A DNA stretch of 35,498 bases from a virus (taxonomy: Duplodnaviria > Heunggongvirae > Uroviricota > Caudoviricetes): IMG/VR virus record IMGVR_UViG_2531839531_000004, positions 1-35,498 of that record. One strand, 5' to 3'. This document shows, one piece after another, positions 9,628-18,627 of this stretch. The first letter of the stretch is position 1. Each line of letters starts with the position of its first letter. The position numbers and the translations under genes were made by a program. The notes beneath the pieces are model-generated. The model had not been told where the DNA came from, made no database searches, and saw only the letters and a list, made by a program, of their open reading frames with translations.

Positions 9628-11240
9628 ATGAGTCAGAAATACCTCATTCGCATCGCTGAGCTGGAAAGGCTGCTCTCTGAGCAGGCTGAAGCCCTCCGTC
9701 AGAAAGACCAGCAACTGAGTCTGGTTGAAGAGACGGAGGCCTTCCTGCGCTCTGCACTGGCACGTGCCGAAGAAAAGATCGAAGAAGATGAGCGAGAAAT
9801 AGAGCATCTGCGGGCTCAGATAGAAAAACTGCGCCGGATGCTGTTTGGAACCCGTTCTGAAAAACTGCGTCGTGAGGTTGAACAGGCTGAAGCCCTGCTG
9901 AAACAACGCGAGCAGGAAAGCGATCGTTACAGTGGGCGTGAGGATGACCCGCTGGTTCCCCGCCAGTTGCGACAGTCGCGCCATCGTCGTCCGTTACCGG
10001 CACATCTCCCCCGTGAAATATACCGCCTGGAGCCTGAAGAAAGCTGTTGCCCGGAGTGTGGCGGTGAGCTGGATTATCTGGGGGAAGTCAGCGCAGAACA
10101 ACTGGAACTGGTGAGCAGCGCCCTGAAAGTGATCCGCACAGAACGGGTAAAAAAGCCTGTACAAAATGTGACTGCATCGTTGAAGCACCGGCGCCGTCCC
10201 GCCCGATAGAGCGTGGTATCGCGGGCCCCGGATTACTTGCCCGCGTGTTAACGGGAAAATACTGCGAACACCTGCCACTGTATCGTCAGAGTGAAATCTT
10301 TGCCCGACAGGGTGTCGAACTGAGCCGTGCATTACTCTCCAACTGGGTTGACGCGTGCTGCCAGTTAATGACGCCGCTGAATGATGCCCTGTACCGTTAT
10401 GTGATGAATACCCGCAAGCTTCACACTGACGACACACCGGTAAAGGTACTGGCACCGGGCCTGAAAAAGACGAAAACAGGGCGCATCTGGACGTATGTCC
10501 GGGATGATCGCAATGCGGGTTCGTCATCTCCTCCGGCGGTCTGGTTCGCGTACTCATCGAACCGGCAGGGGAAACACCCGGAGCAACACCTCCGCCCCTT
10601 CCGGGGTATCCTGCAGGCGGATGCGTTCACAGGTTATGACAGGCTGTTCAGTGCAGAACGTGAAGGTAGTGCGCTGACAGAAGTTGCGTGCTGGGCTCAT
10701 GCCCGGAGAAAAATCCACGATGTATACATCAGCAGCAAAAGTGCGACGGCAGAAGAAGCCCTGAAGCGAATCAGTGAACTGTACGCCATCGAGGATGAAA
10801 TACGGGGATTACCAGAGTCAGAACGTCTTGCAGCCAGGCAGCAGCGAAGCAAAGCGTTACTGACGTCGCTGCATGAATGGATGGTGGAGAAGAATGGCAC
10901 GCTGTCGAAAAAATCCAGACTGGGCGAAGCGTTCAGCTATGTACTGAATCAGTGGGACGCCCTCTGTTATTACAGTGATGACGGTCTGGCGGAGGTGGAC
11001 AATAACACAGCGGAAAGAGCGCTTCGTGCAGTCTGTCTCGGAAAGAAAAATTACGTGTTCTTCGGTAGCGATCACGGCGGCGAGCGTGGAGCACTGCTGT
11101 ACGGGCTGATCGGCACCTGCCGTCTGAACGGTATCGATCCGGAAGCGTATCTGCGCCATATTCTGAGCGTACTGCCGGAATGGCCCTCCAACCGTGTTGA
11201 CGAACTCCTGCCATGGAACGTAGTACTCACCAATAAATAA
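9628..11240 (+). pseudogene. tnpC: IS66-family transposase TnpC, split by a 1-bp frameshift at an A-run
   Basis: ORFs 9628-10209 and 10245-11240 together cover a full TnpC. In the -1 frame from the A6 run at 10149-10154 the sequence reads [49 protein letters not shown], aligning with copy 1 (...[46 protein letters not shown]). Confidence 0.8.
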
Positions 11241-11270
11241 GCGTCAATACGGTGCTCCGTTGACGCTTAC

Positions 11271-11765
11271 AAGGACTGCTGGCAAACGCCGCTTTGGCTT
11301 TTTGATGCACTGGATATTGAGTTTGGATTCTGGCTGGATTCGGCAGCGAGCGACAAAAATGCTCTGTGTGCTCACTGGCTAACTGAGGCCGACGACGCGC
11401 TCAATTCTGAGTGGGTAAGCCACGGTGCAATCTGGAATAACCCACCGTACAGCAATATCAGGCCGTGGGTGGAAAAAGCCGCTGAGCAGTGCATACAACA
11501 GCGACAGACGGTAGTTATGCTTGTGCCAGAGGATATGTCAGTCGGATGGTTCAGCAAGGCTCTGGAGAGTGTCGACGAAGTTCGCATTATCACTGATGGA
11601 CGGATTAATTTTATCGAACCATCGACAGGGCTGGAGAAGAAGGGAAACAGCAAAGGCTCCATGCTGCTGATTTGGCGACCGTTCATCAGTCCTCGACGGA
11701 TGTTTACTACCGTATCCAAAGCGGCATTGATGGCGATCGGGCAGGGCGTCAGGAGGGCGGCATGA
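11271..11765 (+). pseudogene. Phage N6-adenine DNA methyltransferase (Dam-like), 5'-truncated at the IS66 boundary
   Basis: Frame is open from the IS66 right end with no start codon. Translation contains FDALDIEFGFWLDSAASDKNALC...WNNPPYS (NPPY motif IV of N6A methyltransferases). Stop TGA at 11763-11765 overlaps the ninE ATG. Confidence 0.7.
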
Positions 11766-11938
11766 GGCGACAGCGACGAAGTTTCACCGACATCATCTGC
11801 GAAAACTGCAAATACCTTCCAACGAAACGCTCCAGAAATAAACGCAAGCCAATCCCAAAAGAATCTGACGTAAAAACCTTCAATTACACAGCTCACCTGT
11901 GGGATATCCGGTGGCTAAGATATCGTGCGAGGAAATGA
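11762..11938 (+). CDS. ninE: NinE
   Basis: 58-aa product [58 protein letters not shown], matching lambda/DLP12 NinE as I recall it. Confidence 0.8.
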   Translation: MRRQRRSFTDIICENCKYLPTKRSRNKRKPIPKESDVKTFNYTAHLWDIRWLRYRARK

Positions 11939-12282
11939 CAATGGATTATTCACAGTTAAGTGATTTTGAAATTAACAGAATGGTAGGAGACATAATTTTT
12001 AAAGGCCTTTGGGCAAGTAAACCGGAAACATCAGGGAATAACACCAACAAATGGTATTACGGAAATGCTGATACAACTTTTGAGCCATTAAATCATTTGC
12101 CTGACTACTGCAATGATCCGAGCGCTTCATGGCCGATTATTGAGAAATACAGGATTTCTATCTTAGACCAGTTAACTGAATGGTGTGTGGATGCAAAAGG
12201 CGTAAGCCCAATATTTGATACCAGACCTCTCCGCGCCGCCATGATTGTCTTTCTCCTGATGCAGGAGGCCAATAATGCTTAG
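11935..12282 (+). CDS. Hypothetical nin-region protein (115 aa)
   Basis: ATGA overlap with the ninE stop (11935-11938); AT-rich; no recognisable motif. The track ORF from 11899 uses an upstream alternative start. Confidence 0.55.
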   Translation: MTMDYSQLSDFEINRMVGDIIFKGLWASKPETSGNNTNKWYYGNADTTFEPLNHLPDYCNDPSASWPIIEKYRISILDQLTEWCVDAKGVSPIFDTRPLRAAMIVFLLMQEANNA

Positions 12283-12469
12283 CCCATCTCAATCCCTTCA
12301 ATACCTGAAAGGAAGCATAGAGCGGGCTTCAATGTGCACAGAGTGGATTCTATCTAGGTTTAGCGCATACAGAAGATTGCCGGTAAAGGGCATGCCAAGC
12401 AAGTCGATGCTGCATATGCAAAAGAATGCGCGCTGGAAGGTATGGCGAGAACACAGGTTATCTGGCTGA
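12275..12469 (+). CDS. Hypothetical small basic protein (64 aa)
   Basis: ATG at 12275 overlaps the upstream stop by 8 bp, ends 20 bp before rusA. Operon-coupled layout but no recognisable domain. Confidence 0.4.
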   Translation: MLSPSQSLQYLKGSIERASMCTEWILSRFSAYRRLPVKGMPSKSMLHMQKNARWKVWREHRLSG

Positions 12470-12488
12470 AAGAGGGGGTTATTAAGGC

Positions 12489-12851
12489 GTGAATACCTAC
12501 AGCATCACATTACCCTGGCCTCCGAGCAATAACCGCTACTACCGGCATAATCGCGGGCGCACGCACATCAGCGCAGAAGGGCAGGCATACCGCGATAACG
12601 TCACCCGAATCATTAAAAACGCAATGCTGGATATCGGCCTGGCTATGCCAGTGAAAATCCGTATTGAGTGCCACATGCCGGATCGCCGTCGCCGTGACCT
12701 GGATAATCTGCAAAAAGCCGCTTTTGACGCACTCACCAAAGCAGGTTTCTGGCTGGATGATGCTCAGGTCGTTGATTACCGCGTTGTGAAGATGCCTGTT
12801 ACCAAAGGTGGGAGGCTGGAACTGACCATCACCGAAATGGGGAATGAATGA
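12489..12851 (+). CDS. rusA: RusA Holliday-junction resolvase
   Basis: 120-aa product (GTG start) matching E. coli DLP12 RusA ([26 protein letters not shown]...[11 protein letters not shown]). Confidence 0.92.
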   Translation: MNTYSITLPWPPSNNRYYRHNRGRTHISAEGQAYRDNVTRIIKNAMLDIGLAMPVKIRIECHMPDRRRRDLDNLQKAAFDALTKAGFWLDDAQVVDYRVVKMPVTKGGRLELTITEMGNE

Positions 12852-12988
12852 TGTTTGAGTTTTATATGGCAGAACTTCTTCGCCACCGCTGGGGGCATCT
12901 GCGCTTATATCGTTTCCCCGGTTCTGTTTTGACCGATTACCGAATACTGAAGAATTACGCCAAAACCCTGACAGGAGCAGGAGTATGA
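12848..12988 (+). CDS. ylcG: YlcG-like small protein (46 aa)
   Basis: ATG at 12848 overlaps the rusA stop (ATGATG). Product [46 protein letters not shown]. Not in the ORF track (below 60 aa), found by manual translation. Confidence 0.6.
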   Translation: MMFEFYMAELLRHRWGHLRLYRFPGSVLTDYRILKNYAKTLTGAGV

Positions 12989-13073
12989 AGTCAGAGATAA
13001 CAATCAACTAATACTGTTTTGTTGATTTTTGCTTGTAATTGGCGTTCTGGTCTGATTTTTGTGGAGTAAGTTG

Positions 13074-13457
13074 ATGCGTGATATTCAGATGGTTCTTGAG
13101 CGTTGGGGAGCGTGGGCGGCTAATAATCATGAAGATGTGACCTGGTCGTCCATTGCCGCCGGTTTTAAGGGATTAATTACTTCAAAAGTAAAATCTCGCC
13201 CGCAATGTTGTGACGATGACGCGATGATCATTTGCGGGTGCATGGCCCGTCTGAAAAAGAACAACAGCGATTTGCACGATTTATTAGTAGATTATTATGT
13301 AGTCGGTATGACATTCATGTCACTGGCAGGTAAGCATTGCTGCTCTGATGGTTATATCGGGAAAAGGTTACAGAAGGCTGAGGGCATAATTGAAGGGATG
13401 TTAATGGCATTAGATATCCGGTTAGAGATGGATATCGTTGTTAATAACTCTAATTAA
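13074..13457 (+). CDS. quuD: Late-gene antiterminator Q (QuuD / phage-21-like type)
   Basis: 127 aa from ATG 13074 ([26 protein letters not shown]...), matching DLP12 QuuD as I recall it. The track ORF start at 13059 is a TTG. Confidence 0.85.
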   Translation: MRDIQMVLERWGAWAANNHEDVTWSSIAAGFKGLITSKVKSRPQCCDDDAMIICGCMARLKKNNSDLHDLLVDYYVVGMTFMSLAGKHCCSDGYIGKRLQKAEGIIEGMLMALDIRLEMDIVVNNSN

Positions 13458-13480
13458 TACGCCAATTATTTACTAAAAGT

Positions 13481-13508
13481 TATTAAAAATGGGGCGTTGA
13501 AACGCCCC
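13481..13508 (-). terminator. Intrinsic terminator-like hairpin downstream of the porin gene
   Basis: Stem GGGGCG (13491-13496) / CGCCCC (13503-13508) with a 6-nt loop; on the minus strand it is followed by AUUUUUAAUA. Lies about 140 bp past the porin stop. Confidence 0.5.
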
Positions 13509-13548
13509 CAAAAATAAAGGGTAATATATAACAGAAGGTTTGTATAGT

Positions 13549-13637
13549 TAGAAGCAAGGTTGTGCTTCTAAAGGAAGTGGCTTGAGGGAGCCACTTATAT
13601 GTTGGGGAGGCAAAGCCTCCCACAACATATCTTTTAG
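13549..13637. repeat. Cluster of three further inverted-repeat hairpins in the Q-porin convergent spacer
   Basis: AGAAGCA/TGCTTCT (13549-13568); AGTGGCT/AGCCACT (13575-13594); ATATGTTGGGGAGGC / GCCTCCCACAACATAT (13597-13630, one bulge) followed by CTTTTAG on the plus strand. Confidence 0.5.
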
Positions 13638-13645
13638 TAATCAAA

Positions 13646-14728
13646 TTAGAACTGGTAAACCATACCTACAGCAACGATATCATCGGTAGCAACGCCAGAT
13701 GCTTTCGTGAAATCGCTCTTATCAATCAGGTTGATTTTGTAGTCAACAAAAGTGGACATATCTTTGTTGAAGTAATAGGTTGCACCTACATCAACATATT
13801 CAACCAGGTCCTGATCACCCCAAACACCCAAGTCTTTTCCTTTAGAATGCAGGTAAGCAACGGATGGACGCAGGCCGAAGTCGAACTGATATTGTGCAAC
13901 AGCTTCGAAGTTTTGTGCTTTGTTGGCAATATGGTTATTACCAAAAACAGTCATGTTCTGGGTTTCAGAATAGGTGGTGGCCAGATAGATGTTGTTCGCA
14001 TCATATTTCAGACCAGCTGCCCATACTTCAGCATTTTGACCAGAAGCATTCAGACCGTTGTTACCGTAGATAACCTGATTATTAGTGCGATCAGATTTAG
14101 CATAGGTTGCACCCACGCCGAATCCTTCATACTCATAAGTAGTTGAGAAACCGAAACCATCGCCATTAGCTTCAGTTACTTCATTTCGGTCATTTTTGCC
14201 CTGATACTGAGCTGCAAAGTTCAGGCCATCAACCAGACCAAAGAAGTCGTTGTTACGATAAGTTGCAACACCTGTGGTGCGACCAGTCATGAATACATCT
14301 GTTTGGGTCCAGGTATCGCCACCGAATTCTGGCAGAACGTCAGTCCACGCACCGATGTCGTATGCTACACCGTAGTTACGGCCGTAATCGATTGAGCCGT
14401 AGTCACCGAATTTCAGGCCTGCAAATGCAAGACGGGTTTTGTCTTTGGAGGAACCTTGAGATTCAGCGCGGTTGCCTTTGAATTCATATTCCCACTGACC
14501 GAAACCAGTCAGTTGATCGTTGATTTGGGTTTCACCTTTGAAGCCAAGACGGGCATAAGTAGTATCACCATCATCTGCATCATTAGAGGAGAAGTAGTGC
14601 TTAGCATTAACTTTCCCGTACAGATCCAGCTTGTTACTGTCTTTATTATAAATTTCAGCTGCCTGAGCAGACATCGCCATCAGTACTGATGCAGCTACAG
14701 CAGAAATTGCCACTGTTAATTTTTTCAT
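13646..14728 (-). CDS. nmpC: Outer-membrane general porin, NmpC/Lc (OmpC/PhoE family), intact
   Basis: 360-aa product with signal peptide ([23 protein letters not shown]), beta-barrel porin pattern and C-terminal ...VGMVYQF. Matches E. coli NmpC as I recall it. AT-rich upstream region 14729-15270. Confidence 0.92.
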   Translation of the reverse strand: MKKLTVAISAVAASVLMAMSAQAAEIYNKDSNKLDLYGKVNAKHYFSSNDADDGDTTYARLGFKGETQINDQLTGFGQWEYEFKGNRAESQGSSKDKTRLAFAGLKFGDYGSIDYGRNYGVAYDIGAWTDVLPEFGGDTWTQTDVFMTGRTTGVATYRNNDFFGLVDGLNFAAQYQGKNDRNEVTEANGDGFGFSTTYEYEGFGVGATYAKSDRTNNQVIYGNNGLNASGQNAEVWAAGLKYDANNIYLATTYSETQNMTVFGNNHIANKAQNFEAVAQYQFDFGLRPSVAYLHSKGKDLGVWGDQDLVEYVDVGATYYFNKDMSTFVDYKINLIDKSDFTKASGVATDDIVAVGMVYQF

Positions 14729-15316
14729 CGTGAGCCCTTTTTTTTGAACTATTATTAAAAAATGATGTCACTGCGCGATAAATATTCATCTAATCAATGT
14801 GATTATTTCAAGATGTAAGTTTTAGTTTCTCATTTAATTTGTGAAGTAGATCTCTATTTTTATCTGAACTTTTTCTATCGAAACCTATTTATGGCTCTTA
14901 TTTGAACAAAAATAAACCTATTAGCTAATTTATATTAATGGCTGTTATTTATGGGGGTTCTATAATTCGGCAGTTTAATTTAAATCAACTAAAAATAACC
15001 TCTGAAATTATTTATTGGTTATTTGTTGAGGTTTTCTTATGTATTTGTGGTGGTGTTTTGAACACTCGGTAGCATTCTCATAAATATCATTCAGTGGTTT
15101 ACGTACGTAAAAAATTGGTTATGCTGTTAAGAGTGGTTACTTCGTCACACAGCTTAAACCCGCCGTCGAGCTGGTTTTTCCATTTTTTGAGTCTCGATAT
15201 TAGCTGATAACTCAATACCTGAGTTATTCACTGACTCCGAGTCTGTTACGTTTCTGCTTTTTTGCGATACGTTGTATTCCCTCAATTTACACCCGCTTTG
15301 TCTGCGAGGTGGGGTT

Positions 15317-15532
15317 ATGAAATCCATGGATAAGTTAACAACGGGTGTCGCCTATGGCACCTCAGCAGGTAGTGCCGGTTACTGGTTTTTACAGCTGCTC
15401 GATAAAGTCACGCCCTCACAGTGGGCAGCAATAGGTGTGCTGGGTAGCCTGGTATTTGGCCTGCTGACGTACCTGACAAACCTTTATTTCAAGATTAAAG
15501 AAGATAAGCGCAAGGCTGCGAGAGGTGAATAA
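15317..15532 (+). CDS. S: Class II holin of the S21 (pinholin) type with dual-start motif
   Basis: ATG-AAA-TCC-ATG (MKSM) dual start at 15317 and 15326; 71/68-aa product with two TM segments, like phage 21 S / DLP12 EssD. Stop overlaps the R start. Confidence 0.88.
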
Positions 15533-16029
15533 TGCCTCCATCATTACGAAAAGCCGTTGCTGCTGCTATTGGTGGCGGAGCAATTGCTATAGCATCAGTG
15601 TTAATTACTGGCCCAAGTGGTAACGATGGTCTGGAAGGTGTCAGCTACATACCATACAAAGATATTGTTGGTGTATGGACTGTATGTCACGGGCATACAG
15701 GAAAAGACATCATGCTCGGTAAAACGTATACCAAAGCAGAATGCAAAGCCCTCCTGAATAAAGACCTTGCCACGGTCGCCAGACAAATTAACCCGTACAT
15801 CAAAGTCGATATACCGGAAACAATGCGCGGCGCTCTTTACTCATTCGTTTACAACGTGGGTGCTGGCAATTTCAGAACATCGACGCTTCTTCGCAAAATA
15901 AACCAGGGCGATATCAAAGGCGCATGTGATCAGCTACGTCGCTGGACATATGCTGGCGGTAAGCAATGGAAAGGTCTCATGACTCGTCGTGAGATTGAGC
16001 GTGAAATCTGTTTGTGGGGTCAGCAATGA
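15532..16029 (+). CDS. R: SAR endolysin (T4-lysozyme-like muramidase with N-terminal signal-arrest-release domain)
   Basis: 165 aa. N-terminal weakly hydrophobic G/A-rich segment ([20 protein letters not shown]), then a lysozyme core with the E-x8-D-x5-T arrangement ([16 protein letters not shown]). Like phage 21 R / RrrD. Confidence 0.88.
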   Translation: MPPSLRKAVAAAIGGGAIAIASVLITGPSGNDGLEGVSYIPYKDIVGVWTVCHGHTGKDIMLGKTYTKAECKALLNKDLATVARQINPYIKVDIPETMRGALYSFVYNVGAGNFRTSTLLRKINQGDIKGACDQLRRWTYAGGKQWKGLMTRREIEREICLWGQQ

Positions 16030-16463
16030 ACAGAGTAACCGCGATTATCTCCGCTCTGGTTATCTGCATCATCGTCTGCCTGTCATGGGCTGTTAATCAT
16101 TACCGTGATAACGCCATGACCTACAAAGAACAGCGCGACAAAGCCACATCCATCATCGCTGACATGCAGAAGCGTCAACGTGACGTAGCAGAACTCGATG
16201 CCAGATATACAAAGGAGCTTGCTGATGCTAACGCGACTATCGAAAGTCTCCGTGATGATGTTTCTGCTGGGCGTAAGCGGCTGCAAGTCGCCGCCTCCTG
16301 TGCAAAGTCAAAGACCGGAGCCAGCAGCATGGGCGATGGAGAAAGCCCAAGACTTACAGCAGATGCTGAACTCAATTATTACCGTCTCCGAAGTGGAATC
16401 GACAGGATAACCGCGCAGGTTAACTACCTGCAGGAGTACATCAGGACGCAATGTCTGAAATAA
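16026..16463 (+). CDS. Rz: Rz i-spanin
   Basis: ATG at 16026 overlaps the R stop. N-terminal TM ([18 protein letters not shown]) followed by a coiled-coil periplasmic domain. Confidence 0.85.
   Translation: MNRVTAIISALVICIIVCLSWAVNHYRDNAMTYKEQRDKATSIIADMQKRQRDVAELDARYTKELADANATIESLRDDVSAGRKRLQVAASCAKSKTGASSMGDGESPRLTADAELNYYRLRSGIDRITAQVNYLQEYIRTQCLK
16225..16410 (+). CDS. Rz1: Rz1 o-spanin lipoprotein, embedded in Rz in the +1 frame
   Basis: ATG at 16225 preceded by AAAGGAG; signal peptide with lipobox ([20 protein letters not shown]); proline-rich mature part. Lies entirely within Rz. Confidence 0.75.
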   Translation: MLTRLSKVSVMMFLLGVSGCKSPPPVQSQRPEPAAWAMEKAQDLQQMLNSIITVSEVESTG

Positions 16464-16494
16464 TTTTTTTGCAAATCACAAAGTCCATTTAATG

Positions 16495-16519
16495 AGCCTC
16501 GCGATGCGGGGCTTTTTTG
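16495..16519 (+). terminator. Intrinsic terminator-like hairpin after Rz
   Basis: AGCCTCGC / GCGGGGCT stem (one mismatch), 3-nt loop, then TTTTTT. Confidence 0.6.
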
Positions 16520-16525
16520 CAATAA

Positions 16526-16552
16526 ATGCGTACCGCAACGCATGTTTTTTTT
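16526..16552 (+). terminator. Second intrinsic terminator-like hairpin after Rz
   Basis: ATGCGT / ACGCAT stem with 6-nt loop, then G plus T8. Confidence 0.65.
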
Positions 16553-16667
16553 ACACCGAACCTGCCCCTTTGGAATGGGCCTTTGAGGATACCAGTTAGT
16601 GCTGGCGAGCCTCGGTGGGCTGGTTTCCTGTGCGGCAAAGGTTCATTTCAAATGGTAGGTAAACGTT

Positions 16668-17189
16668 ATGAATATCGTGCCACTTAATTACAAAGGTGAA
16701 ATTGTCAGTTTCAACACTGATGGTTGGATCAACGTCACAGGTGTTGCTGAGAGATTTGGGAAACGCATTGATAACTGGATGCGTTTGGCAGAAACGCTTG
16801 AATACGTTCGTGCTTTAGACGAAGCGTTGACCGGGAAAGAATCTCAAATTTTACATCCCTCACAATCGAGGTATGTAAAAACCAGCAAGGCACGAAAGGA
16901 CAGGGGTGGTGGTACGTGGCTACATCCAAAACTTTCAGTTGCATTTGCCCGTTGGTGTGATGCTCGTTTTGCTGTGTGGTGCGACCTGCACATTGATAGT
17001 CTGCTTCGCGGTGAACTGACTGAGCAGCAGAAATATGAGCAAGCATGTCGCATTCGCGATGACCGGAAATCAAAAGCCAGCAATGGGGCAAGAGAGATGG
17101 CTCGCTGGCGATGGGATAAGCCGGTTATTGAAGCAAATGTTGAGTACTGGCGCGAGCAACTGCAGTTGACTCTCGATATCGCGTGCTGA
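16668..17189 (+). CDS. KilA-N domain-like protein (173 aa)
   Basis: N-terminal region (VSFNTDGWINVTGVAERFGKRIDNWMRLAETLEYVRAL) resembles the KilA-N DNA-binding fold; preceded by a good SD-like GGTAGGTAAACG. Confidence 0.55.
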   Translation: MNIVPLNYKGEIVSFNTDGWINVTGVAERFGKRIDNWMRLAETLEYVRALDEALTGKESQILHPSQSRYVKTSKARKDRGGGTWLHPKLSVAFARWCDARFAVWCDLHIDSLLRGELTEQQKYEQACRIRDDRKSKASNGAREMARWRWDKPVIEANVEYWREQLQLTLDIAC

Positions 17190-17538
17190 TGGCAAACGCA
17201 AAACTGCGTTATCGAAAAAATCAAAGCATTACTAGAACTGAGCAACGGCTATCCATTACAAAGCCCATCTACGGGTGGGCTTGATAATGGCTTATACCCT
17301 GCACGGGATAACTTAACTGATATCCCTTTTAACGGATAAAGGCATTCAAGCCTGACACATCATGCGCTGTATCGTCGCCGTATTCCCGTATTAACAGAGA
17401 CCGTAGCCCGACGGGGAACTCCTTCTGCGCGAGTGTGCGGGAATAATCAAAAACGATGCACACCGGGGTTACCGGGTACACATATTTCATCATGCCAGCG
17501 AGTCCGGTTCTGGCACGGAAGAAACCGGACGTTATGAT

Positions 17539-17949
17539 TTAGTGCGGAAATATTTGTGTAGTGTTCTGAATGTTCTCAGTAAAGAGTAATGAATTATCAA
17601 AGGTATAGTAATACCTTTTGTTTTCGTGGATATTTGTAATCCATCTGAAAACCCCTGCTGTAGCAAGATTTTTCCTGTATTCGTAAAATGATAACTCTCC
17701 TGATTTGAATCCTTTTAAGGTGGCTTCTATAAGGCATTTATTTTTTGAAAATCTTACATTTACAACCTTACCCTGTCCTTTTATTAAAACCGTATTATCG
17801 TTTTCAAGAACAAGATGAATATTCTCTGTAGCTAAATAGTAAATGTAATGTGAGACATTGTGACGTTTTAGTTCAGAATAAAACCAGTGATAGTTTAAAT
17901 TATTTCGCACTTTATCGAATATTTGTTTAAAAATGGCAACCTGAGCCAT
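17539..17949 (-). CDS. ybcV: YbcV-like protein (DUF1398 family)
   Basis: 136 aa from ATG 17949 ([18 protein letters not shown]...[25 protein letters not shown]), recalled as similar to DLP12 YbcV. AT-rich. Confidence 0.75.
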   Translation of the reverse strand: MAQVAIFKQIFDKVRNNLNYHWFYSELKRHNVSHYIYYLATENIHLVLENDNTVLIKGQGKVVNVRFSKNKCLIEATLKGFKSGELSFYEYRKNLATAGVFRWITNIHENKRYYYTFDNSLLFTENIQNTTQIFPH

Positions 17950-18005
17950 TGTAGTACCTTCCATGTGATATGAGGGGCGTAGTCTGCACGATTATCTAAA
18001 TTGCT

Positions 18006-18239
18006 TCAATCTGGTCTGATCTGTTTTCTGAGCAATTCAGTAATGTCACTCTTTTCTTTGTTTGCTTCAGGAGAAACTCTTTTTTCTGAGCACAGTCTCC
18101 GGCGGCAGGCTTCAATGACCCAGGCTGAGAAATTCCCGGACCCTTTTTGATCAAGAGCGATGTTAATTTGTTCAATCATTTGGTTAGGAAAGCGGATGTT
18201 GCGGATTGTTGTTCTGCGGGTTCTGTTCTTCGTTGACAT
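18006..18239 (-). CDS. ylcI: YlcI-like small DNA-binding protein (DUF3950-like)
   Basis: 77-aa product MSTKNRTRRTTIRNIRFPNQMIEQINIALDQKGSGNFSAWVIEACRRRL, ribbon-helix-helix-like; recalled as similar to DLP12 YlcI. Confidence 0.65.
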   Translation of the reverse strand: MSTKNRTRRTTIRNIRFPNQMIEQINIALDQKGSGNFSAWVIEACRRRLCSEKRVSPEANKEKSDITELLRKQIRPD

Positions 18240-18399
18240 GAGGTTGTCCCGTATTTAGTGTCGCTGATTTGTATTGTCTGAAGTTGTTTTTACGTTAAGT
18301 TGATGCAGATCAATTAATATGATACCTGCGTCATAATTGATTATTTGACGTGGTTTGATGGCGTAGATGCACGTTGTGACATGCAGATGATAATTATTA

Positions 18400-18627
18400 T
18401 CATTTTGCGGGTCCTTTCCGGCGATCCGACAGGTTACGGGGCGGCGACCTCGCGGGTTTTCGCTATTTATGAAAAATTTCCGGTTTAAGGCGTTTCCGTT
18501 CTTCTTCGTCATAACTTAATGTTTTTATTTAAAATACCCTCTGAAAAGAAAGGAAACGACAGGTGCTGAAAGCGAGCTTTTTGGCCTCTGTCGTTTCCTT
18601 TCTCTGTTTTTGTCCGTGGAATGAACA
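18400..18627 (+). other. cos site: cosQ, cosN (12-nt cohesive end GGGCGGCGACCT at 18439-18450), cosB
   Basis: The sequence ...CCGACAGGTTACG|GGGCGGCGACCT|CGCGGGTTTTCGCTATTTATGAAAA... matches the lambda genome termini as I recall them; located immediately upstream of nu1. Confidence 0.88.

Larger units (their letters stand above)
8731..11270 (+). mobile_element. IS66-family element, copy 2 (2540 bp), complete ends, frameshifted tnpC
   Basis: Left terminus GTAAGCGTAAAG at 8731; right terminus GACGCTTAC ending at 11270 (reverse complement GTAAGCGTC). Three IS66-type ORFs. The 8-bp flanks differ (CAGCAAAT vs AAGGACTG), so no target-site duplication is present. Confidence 0.85.

Noticed and set aside
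9262-9984. 240-aa minus-strand ORF inside IS66 copy 2 (and similar antisense ORFs such as 3052-3522, 10857-11159)
   Set aside because: Antisense shadow ORFs of the tnpB/tnpC coding strand; no independent features.
11372-11896. 174-aa minus-strand ORF opposite the methyltransferase fragment and ninE
   Set aside because: Antisense to a frame containing the NPPY methyltransferase motif and to ninE; no start context.
12510-13007. 165-aa minus-strand ORF overlapping rusA and ylcG
   Set aside because: Shadow ORF opposite two genes with clear homologues and translational coupling on the plus strand.
18255-18512. 85-aa minus-strand ORF across the cos-proximal region
   Set aside because: It overlaps cosQ/cosN, has no convincing start context and reads as low-complexity sequence; lambda has no gene at this position as far as I recall.
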